From Raillietiella orientalis (Eukaryota): DNA of 64,000 nucleotides. Both the position numbers and the translations under genes were made by a program. This document shows positions 26,629 through 34,809 of the stretch, piece after piece (the first letter of the stretch is position 1; every line of letters starts with the position of its first letter). The notes below the pieces were generated by a model that was not told where the DNA came from, ran no database searches, and saw nothing but the letters and a program-made list of their open reading frames with translations. Location of the stretch: assembly GCA_036172245.1 (NCBI GenBank), contig JAYWIR010000017.1, positions 2,418,001 through 2,482,000 of the forward strand, given 5' to 3'.

Positions 26629-27441
26629 GTTTATTTTTTAGTAAAAACAAACAAGCAAGTGTAGGGCTATTGCCCCTACAGCGTCCTAAAAAATGTTCTA
26701 ATAAAGAGTCTGAAATTGCCGAGTAGCAAGCACGCAGGCTGGCGAGTTCGATTCGGCAGCGGGGTGGAAAAGGACAAATAAAAACAAAAAGAAAACACTA
26801 TTTACAAAAGCAGGGAGGATTGGGGAAGGGATCACATTCCGCTGGAGTCGTCCTCTACATCCTTTCCAGGATGCCGGCAAGTTCGGTCCGCATATGCCCC
26901 AAATGGGACCATCTGGCTGCCGTCCTTAGGAAACGCAGGGCGGAGCAGATGATGTCCCTGTCGTTCAGTCCACCAGTGGCGGTGCTCCAGGCCGCCACAA
27001 TTCCTCGTAGGCAGCAGAGGGCTGCAAGGGCTGCGGCAGGCCGAAGGGCTCCACGCACAAAGAGGCGCGTCAGAACGTCTCTGGGGTTGATCGTGGGTGC
27101 TCCTAGGGCCGTTGCGAAACGCAACCACAGAGGCCGGAGGGCAACACAGTCAAGAAGCAGGTGCGGGAGGGTTTCCCGTTCCCCGCACCTGACACAGTTT
27201 GGGTCCACAGCCTCCCTCGTCCAGTGAGAACGGCGGGCGTTGCTGGGGAGTCCCCAGTGCAACACCAGGAACGCCGACTCCTGCCACTTCAGGGGGAGGG
27301 CCCGGGTAGTCTTAAGCACCGGGGGCCACTCGAGTACATCCATGGGGATGCTCAGCAGCTCGCCCCAGCGCAATAGTCCCTTTGGTGGGGCACTTGGGGT
27401 CGCAGCGTCTGTCAACTGGCCCGTGGTCCAACCGGCCCGTG
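26629..27441 (-). mobile_element. 5'-truncated Tx1/L1-like LINE with open ORF2 C-terminus (zf-RVT), 3' UTR and A-rich end
   Basis: Open frame down to 26855 containing VLHWGLPSN...NCVRCGERETLPHLLLDC...W, the CxxC-E-H-C zinc-binding motif of L1/Tx1 ORF2. Followed by a T-rich 3' UTR ending ctaaaaaataaa at ~26630. Confidence 0.8.
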
Positions 27442-28091
27442 GTCGGCATTGCTGGTGTTGCAGGGGAGATCCCTTGCAAACCGCGCCTTCACCACTGGAC
27501 ACGGACTGGGGGGGAGCGAGGACGGTCAGAGTGCGACAGATGCAGGAAGAAGACCTTCCCGCACCTGCCGGTGGACTGTGCTACCCTCCAACCCCTTTGG
27601 GATCGCCTCGCAACAATTCTAGGAATCCCGGCAGGCGGCTCCAGGGACCTTTTCAGACGCCTCTTCTTGCGTGGTGCCTCACTGCTGCCAGCCGCTTTCC
27701 TCACAGTTTTCTGCTGTGTCCTCAGAATCGTGGCAGCCTCGAACACGGGAAGAAGAGGCCAAAATGGAAGGAACGCCATCCACTGGCGCCGATCTTCCTG
27801 AGGACCGCCTCGAGATGGGTCCAACTGGGTGCTATACGGACGGAACTTGCCAGAATGCTGAATAGGATGCAATGGACACCTGGCAGCATAATGTAATCCT
27901 TTCCTCGGTCTTCCCTTCCTCCTCATGTATAAAGCCTCCTTTCCCGTTTTGTTTGTTTTTGTTTCCCTTACCTCCATGCTGCCGAAGCGGACCTCGCCGG
28001 TCTGCGTACAGGGCTTCTGCAGGTTCATTGTGCGTGGTAAACCAGCGGTTCTACCACCACAGCGTGTATTTTTATTGTTTTAATTAAAAAA
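27442..28091 (+). mobile_element. Tx1/L1-like ORF2 C-terminus and 3' UTR, right piece of the interrupted element
   Basis: HHWTR...ECDRCRKKTFPHLPVDCATLQPLW...FLRTASRWVQLGAIRTELARMLNRM, collinear with the minus-strand copy. Ends in ttttaattaaaaaa. Confidence 0.75.
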
Positions 28092-28099
28092 TGCCACGG

Positions 28100-28841
28100 C
28101 ACAACCGGATGAGAATCATCCTGGAGCGTGGAAACCCTAAGGAGCATCGATCTTCCCGAGAGTACTGTTGTTCTTACGATCGGGAGGTAGCCGGGACACA
28201 CACTGCGGCAACAGCAACTCTGGGACCTCAGTCAGCGCTGTCCAAGAGCTGGAAAATTCTGCCACGAAAACCCTGAGATCCTGCAGGGTTGCGCCACCTT
28301 TCCCGTCCAGCGGTTTCCGTCCGGCTGTACCTCCTCCTTATTCAATCAGGCGATTCCTGCAGCAGCAGCAGGACGAGGGCAGCCGGGTCGAAGCCTTCGC
28401 TGGATCGGGCGGCCGTCCGAGAACTGCGGAAAGAGGAGGGGACTCTTCCAGGAGTCGCCGCCGCCTCTTCCTCCCATCTCATCTCTGGAGCCGGTCAGCA
28501 GCGGTCCCGGCGACGGGCTTCACCTGCGCGACGGAAGCAGTGCTGGCTTGGATTCGACTTCCTCTTCTCTGGACTGATTCGATGGCGTTGTTGATGATGC
28601 TTGTCGACAGCTCTTTGCGGCTCTTGATCGCCTCGACGTGGCCTTCCCTGCGCTTCACTCGCCGACCCTGCTCGGCAGCCGAGACTTCTGGGAAGACTTC
28701 TCTTTCCCTTGATTCCTCTTGTATCCTTCCCCCTGTCCGTCCGTCGTGGAATGCACACACAGCAAGGGAAGCAGAAAGCAGCAGCAAAGCTGCTTCTGTT
28801 ACAGCCAGCCAGAGGCTATTCCCTCTTTTCTCCCTTCCCGT
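28100..28841 (-). pseudogene. Possible decayed secreted-protein gene fragment (weakly animal-heme-peroxidase-like N-terminus)
   Basis: ACG at 28841 begins GREKRGNSLWLAVTEAALLLLSASLAVCA (signal-peptide-like), followed by RRVKRR and ELSTSIINNAIESVQRR. After frameshifts come AALVLLL and QCVSRLPP...KIDA, loosely like the C...P.C...YR.IDG of peroxidases. No ATG; frame broken. Confidence 0.25.
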
Positions 28842-28992
28842 CCGTTACCTTGGAAGCGAACCGAAGATCAATTCGAACGAGAATGAGTTGCATTGGTCAT
28901 CCATTGCCATGCTCCTAGACGCACTTTTAGTCCTTTGGAGTGTTTTTTTTTTTTTCCGCTTTCCATGGAAACTCAACTTGGTAATAGAATTC

Positions 28993-28998
28993 TTTATT
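28993..28998 (-). promoter_or_regulatory. Candidate polyadenylation signal (AATAAA) of the bHLH gene
   Basis: Minus-strand AATAAA ~475 nt downstream of the stop codon, in an AT-rich patch. Confidence 0.45.
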
Positions 28999-29470
28999 TC
29001 TGAAAATGCGTGCTTATATAATTAAATCATTTCGCTTTTATAATGTACAATTCTGTAATGTACAATTCTATAACGGAGACAGATTCTTTTTTGGTCGCAA
29101 ATTCCTCTGCGGGGAGAGGGACGGGGAATGAAGGAAGGAGTGTTCCCAGTCGAGGTTTCCTTCCAGCAACCGTCGCCTGGCAACTCACGGGAGGCGGCGC
29201 TCCCGAAAGCTCTATCCTTGTGGAGGATCAAGGGGACGGATCCGCCGGGACGAACTGAAGGGGAGGAAGGGGAAATTTGGCACATGATTCACGTGGGACT
29301 GAACTGGAAGATTTACAAGGCGAGCAGAGAGAGGCGGATGCGTTGCCGAGAAGCGCATCCGCGCCGCACAGGCCATCCCGAACGCCGCGCGTCGCGTCAT
29401 CATACGTCCGGGAGGACGGGCGCCCGGGTTCTCCGGGAAGGGAAGCAAGAGAGGGATGGAAAAGACGCGG

Positions 29471-30157
29471 TCATGGGGTAGGGGTATAATCGCTGAAGTC
29501 GGAGCTGAAGACCAGGCTCTCCCCGTCGGACTCGAGCAGAATGTCAAAGCAGGGATCGGTCATCGGGATGCTGGGAATGTCGTCGAAAGTGGTATCACAT
29601 AAATTATCACCGAGATTCGATCCGTCCTCAGAGAAAAGGTCACCGAAGGTCTCACTGTGAACTCCCATGACAGCGTTGAGGATGTCTTCCGAGGAGCAGA
29701 CAAAGTCGCGGCAGACGCCCGCTGCGTCCTCCTTGTTGCAGACGGCCCTCGGCGCTCTCTCCGGGGCGTGCTCCCCCTTGCGGGTGACCTCCGCTTCCTT
29801 GGCCGCGGAGCCTCCGTCGTCCTCCTCCAGCATCTGGCTGAGCGCCTTGATGTAACTCACTGCCATGCGCAGGGTCGTCACTTTGGTCAGCTTGTTCTCC
29901 ATTTGAACCGTAGGATAGTTCGGGATGATCCTCCTCAGGGCTTCGAATGCCTGGTTCATCTCCAGCATCCGGTATCGTTCCCGGGCGTTGGCCGATTTGC
30001 GGCGGTACTTGCTGAGCGGGGGAGGCTTTTGCTTCGCCTTGTGGCCTCTCGCGGTGCCGCCCTCTTTGATGCACGAACCGGACCTCGGTCTCAGGCTATA
30101 CTTCTCGCACTTTCGAGAGTCCTGGCAAGTGCTTCCGGGATCGTCTTCCGTTTCCAT
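29471..30157 (-). CDS. dei: Delilah/taxi-family bHLH transcription factor, single coding exon, 228 aa
   Basis: Intact ORF from ATG 30157 (good context GCCATGG) to TGA 29471. The bHLH reads KQKPPPLSKYRRKSANARERYRMLEMNQAFEALRRIIP...KLTKVTTLRMAVSYIKALSQML; the PLSKYRRK.ANARER basic region is characteristic of Delilah. Acidic C-terminus (FDILLESDGESL). The longer ORF-track start at 30340 is a GTG. Confidence 0.9.
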   Translation of the reverse strand: METEDDPGSTCQDSRKCEKYSLRPRSGSCIKEGGTARGHKAKQKPPPLSKYRRKSANARERYRMLEMNQAFEALRRIIPNYPTVQMENKLTKVTTLRMAVSYIKALSQMLEEDDGGSAAKEAEVTRKGEHAPERAPRAVCNKEDAAGVCRDFVCSSEDILNAVMGVHSETFGDLFSEDGSNLGDNLCDTTFDDIPSIPMTDPCFDILLESDGESLVFSSDFSDYTPTP

Positions 30158-30334
30158 GGCAAGGGGGGAGGGGGGAGGGGGGCCTCTCTCTCTCTCTCTG
30201 TCTCTCGTCACCACTCCGCGCCTGCCATAGCTCCGTTGAGCGTCTCCGCGCGCGCTCTGTCCGGCGAAACGATGCGCAGCCACAGAGTGTCGGCGGGCGC
30301 GCTCACCACAGGTAACATGCGCTCTGTCACTGGG

Positions 30335-30385
30335 TTGCACTGACCATCTGAGGCAGGTCGATTAATGAAATGGAGTTTTATCTCC
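30335..30385 (-). promoter_or_regulatory. Candidate core promoter: TCAGT initiator-like motif with an adjacent CAGATG E-box
   Basis: Minus-strand TCAGT at 30343-30339 (arthropod Inr-like) and CAGATG at 30350-30345. GATAAAA at 30382 is ~41 nt upstream, further than typical TATA spacing. Confidence 0.3.
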
Positions 30386-30626
30386 TCGTGTGCCGGTGCG
30401 CCTAGCCTGTGGGTAGGACGAACGGTGATTGGTGGGCGTAGACTTCTAGGCCTTTTCAGGAACTGCAAATGACATTCATTTATCTCTTTAGCGAGCGCTT
30501 CCCTAAACCACACTGATTCATGCGCGGATGAATGAGGAAACGACGGTCATCGAAAGCTCGGTAAATATTTTCCCGGCAGGAAATTCATCTCTGATGTGCG
30601 ATGAATCGGTCAGCAGCCAAAGGCTT

Positions 30627-30664
30627 TCTCTCTCTCTCTCTCTCTCTCTCACTCCCTCTCTCTC
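30627..30664. repeat. Imperfect (CT)n/(GA)n microsatellite
   Basis: ctctctctctctctctctctctc actccctctctctc, seen directly. Confidence 0.9.
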
Positions 30665-30924
30665 CGTCTCTCCTTTCGTTGCCTCTTCGAGGACGGTCGG
30701 AAACGCGCTGCTTCTGCTCGGCTGCGGGGGAAAAATTATCCGACAGGGATACGGAACACCTGAGGGTCCTTTCGGAGTCCGAGAGGAGGGGTAGGGTGGG
30801 GCGTGAGCGCGAAACGCGCGCGAAACCCTCGCCACCCTTCCCCCAAAGACTTTTGCTTCGATCCGGTTCTGCTCTTCGAAGCGCGAGCGCGCGTGAGTGC
30901 TCCCCTCCAGCGACGTCGTCGTGA

Positions 30925-30929
<5 letters not shown>

Positions 30930-31003
<74 letters not shown>
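30930..31003. repeat. Perfect (CT)n/(GA)n microsatellite, ~37 units
   Basis: Uninterrupted CT dinucleotide run. Confidence 0.97.
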
Positions 31004-31005
<2 letters not shown>

Positions 31006-31289
31006 CGCGCGCGCGGACGGGGGGTTGCGTATCGCGCGCCGCGCGGAAAGTTTCCGGAAAGAAAAAAAGCCCTTCGAGACCGGGAAATCCAAACGTCGCT
31101 GGTCTGCGGCGTTCGCGCAGAACGTCTTCGCGCGCACGTGCTGCCGCGCTCCGATGCAGCCTCTAGCCTCCTCCGATACGCTCCGTGCAAAAAGATCTTT
31201 CCGTTACGACCCTGGCTTCGCCTTCGCTCGCGTGGCCCTTCCGACCGGGGCTTCTCGCCCCCATCTTCCTACTGCGGCGGAATAACGGG

Positions 31290-32400
31290 CTGCGGGAACA
31301 ATCATCTCCTTCCGTGGCTCTCGCGTTCGACTTCCCGCGCATCGAGCGCATCCACATGCAGGAGCCAGTCGCCGAAGGTCTCGTCTCTTGTGATCCGACC
31401 CACGACCATGTTTGCTTTCGCAAAAGTAGGTTCTCCTGTCTTGGTGGTACCAACGAGGAGCCTGGTGAACTTCTGCTGCACTTGGTGCCGGGTCATCGAG
31501 CCGTCCTCTCCATCATCCACTGCTAACGTTCTATTGTCTTTCTGGTGCTGAGACTTCATCGCCCTTCGATTCCACTCTTTCAGCATTCCGTGATGGAGCG
31601 CTTTCCAACCACTTGGCACACTCGAATCGCTGCAGCAGACGTGGTGTGGGCGTGGCTGGCGGCAATCGCTGAGGTAGCTTCAGGAAGAGTTGCATTCCTC
31701 GAAGACCGATGCCTCAGGCGAAATGCCCCCCTTGAGCGACCTTCAACTGGTCACTGAGTACCTCGGTAGCTTCTTTAGAAGGAATTTTAGTTTCTTTTCG
31801 GAAGCAACATGCACTATTCCTTACGGAACCCCACGCGCAAGCTTAAAAACGAGATTAATTTCCCACAAGGTGTTCCCTCTTCCTCCCCATTCACGATCCA
31901 GTCCCGGTCAATGCGTTCTAGAAGATGCGCTTGAACCTGTATCTTCTGCTGCGTCTTTGACTTCCCAAGCGAGCCTTCGGGCTTCCATCCCTAGATTTTC
32001 CCTCTCTTCTCTGATCCGCCATTCGGAACCACTATTTCCCAGAGCTGTCTCACCAGGAGGCTGCGTGGCAGCACCTCCTGCGTCTTGGTGAGCACCTCCC
32101 GGCTGTTGAGGGAGCTTTCGAGTTTCTCTTAAGCACCATTTCCTAATCTTTCTTCTTCGGTAATGCAACCCAGTGGGTGCTGCTCTGTTGCCTCACGTTT
32201 CTCTCTCGACCGCCTGCGATCTTCCTGCTTATTTCGAAAAAGAAAGCATTCGAGAGATCTCAGGAGTAAAAGCGATCCGGAAACATCTGATTCTGGGGTC
32301 CGAACTATCTAAAATTCAAGGGTTTCCGCGGAAACGAAGAGACTGGCGGCATCTCCGAGCTGTTCGGATTCCAGGATAGAGCTCAAATGGAACTGACGTC
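31290..32400 (-). mobile_element. Decayed L1/Tx1-like ORF2 linker / pre-RT fragment
   Basis: RRKIRKWCLRETRKL and ATLPEATSAIAASHAHTTS (cf. IT..EV..AI..M...KSPG) on the minus strand. Confidence 0.35.
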
Positions 32401-33251
32401 GGTTCACTCTCTTTCCTGGGAGCTGCTGCAGAACCTGTAGGAGAACATCGCGCGTCCAGACCGCTTTTTAACCATCATCTTAATTTCCAAGGTGTGATCT
32501 CTGAGCATACGTTCTTCGTTTTTTTCGATGCTGGGGATGACAGTGGTTCGTACTCGTTTAGAAGAAATGGTTCCACGACAACTCATATGATCTGTGAGCA
32601 GGCGCAGAACACGTGTTTCTCTCATTGTGCATCGTAGGATTTGTTTGCTTTGGACTGAAAGTGATAGGACTTTAGTGAAAACGGAACACGAATAATTCGT
32701 TGCTATGGTGAAACAGAAGGCATTTGCTATGCTTTCATAATTCCTGTTAGCAGTGGTAGAGTGCCAACCAAGTGTCTTCAGTTCTTTACCTCTCTGATTG
32801 TGCATGCAAAAAAAGCTGAAACTGACTGCGTTTGAGTTTCACTCTGCTATCGAGAGAACAGTGCTGCCATTCCATGTATTTGCGCGAAGCAAAAAGAGCG
32901 GAAATGTGAGAAGGATTGAACGAGAGGGATGAATAAGAGCCATTCCAATGTACTTTGATTGGAAAAGCCTCCTTTGCCGTGGAAGTGCCTCTGGCCTGCA
33001 AGAACTCACCTCTTGCTTTGTTCAAAGAACGAAGCTCTGCAGATGCACGATGCTTGTTTCTCCCTCGCTGCATGTTCTCCATCATTTTTGCACTTGCAGA
33101 AGCAAAGAAAATGTGATGCCATCTCTTATCGGCAGCAAAAGCACTACGTCCTAACATGGAGGTTCTTTAGAAGTGGAACCAAAATAATCTTCAAACCTGT
33201 AATTGAAAAGAGGTGCCTAAAATGCCGTACACGTTTGAAAATGGATGTCTC

Positions 33252-34809
33252 TTACTTTTAGCTTGTTTTTCCCAAGATTTGTGCCGTTGGTCAAAATCGA
33301 AATGTGCAAGTCTTTGAGATGTGCTTCCAGCATCTACAATATGCATTTCTTCTGCTCGTGGGGCTAAAACCCTTCCTTCTAAAACCCGCGAACTTGCAGA
33401 TCAGAAGTCTTCTTCAAAGAGCGTACCTAGCGAATTTGGGAAATTCAATGGCGTCGGCCGATTTCTTTTCATTCCTTTTTTCAAATACCATTTCCATAAG
33501 TTCTTCCAGCACAGTCTTCTTCCATATCAGTTGATGATATACAGACCCGTACGTTTCCATAGTGTCGCCCCTTCCACCCTCCCATGACTTTCCCTGCGTG
33601 CAGTATCAACAGTGCTGCCATGTCCTTCTCGGCAGCCTGTGTGCGTGTGTATGTACACAATCACCTGCATGAATTCAAAATGATGGCGATTTCTCCTAGA
33701 TCGCTCGAGGGTTACTACTCTGAACTGAATGGTAGCGGATGCTCTGGATTTCAGCTTCTCATTGGAACCATCGATTTCATTCAATTACAGAGAGTTTTCT
33801 AAATAAGTTTCAACGTCTTCATCCAGATAGAAATTCCTCTCTAATTTTCCCTCTGCTACTTACATCAAAAGCTAGTCCTATATCAAGGTCAGGTGTGACT
33901 TCGGTCTAAGGCTATCAATTATTGCATAGAAAATGCAAGTGATTCAATTGCTGAATTGCTTTTTGTTTATTGTTTTTCTAAAAATTTATTAGAAACTTGT
34001 CCCAGGAATGTCCTTTGATACGCCTATTGTAGGTTTACAGAAAGAGTTCTGGTTGCCCATCTGAATGCCTACCGAAATCTGGAATTAAAATCGAATGCGG
34101 AAGTGGCGAAACTGATGCTGGAAAATTGGGGACTTTCAGCGGACTATACGGGAGCATGGAAAATACTTTTCCCCTGATTATCCCCTTTTGGAGATAATTA
34201 GGATAGGAACAGCAACTCGTTTTCTCAAAAACAGAACCACCCTTTGGGAATTCACAAGTTACTAACATCTTCCAGCATTTGCACCATAGTAAAAGGGTGG
34301 AACAAAGTGAAACGTATGAAATGCTTCCTCTCTCCCAATTTCAGTGGTCTGATGGTTTATTGAAGGTAAAGTTGCTGTTTCAATGGATGGAACACTTTGA
34401 AGATGTGTCTGTGTACACGCACACAGGCTGCCGAGAAGGACATGGCAGCACTGTTGATACTGCACGCAGGGAAAGTCATGGGAGGGTGGAAGGGGCGACA
34501 CTATGGAAACGTACGGGTCTGTATATCATCAACTGATATGGAAGAAGACTGTGCTGGAAGAACTTATGGAAATGGTATTTGAAAAAAGGAATGAGAAGAA
34601 ATCGGCCGACGCCATTGAATTTCCCAAATTCGCTAGGTACGCTCTTTGAAGAAGACTTCTGATCTGCAAGTTCGCGGGTTTTAGAAGGAAGTTTTAGCCC
34701 CACGAGCAGAAGAAATGCATATTGTAGATGCTGGAAGCACATCTCAAAGACTTGTACATTTCGATTTTGACCGACGGCACAAATCTCGGGAGAAACAAAC
34801 CAAGAGTAA
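33252..34809. repeat. Long inverted repeat: ~385-bp core arms (33263-33648 and 34415-34798) with a ~765-bp spacer
   Basis: The arms are reverse complements with about 5 substitutions and one 2-bp indel by eye; identical peptides appear on opposite strands in the ORF track. Confidence 0.95.

Noticed and set aside
28168..29025. 285-aa + strand ORF
   Set aside because: No recognisable domain and Ser/Arg/Leu-rich composition; best explained as an antisense shadow of GC-rich minus-strand sequence.
29657..30343. 228-aa + strand ORF overlapping the bHLH gene
   Set aside because: Antisense shadow of a GC-rich coding sequence.
30376..30382. GATAAAA as a TATA box
   Set aside because: Non-canonical, and ~41 nt from the candidate initiator rather than ~30.
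30518..31551. ORFs with (ER)n or (LS)n runs
   Set aside because: These are translations of the (CT)n/(GA)n microsatellites.
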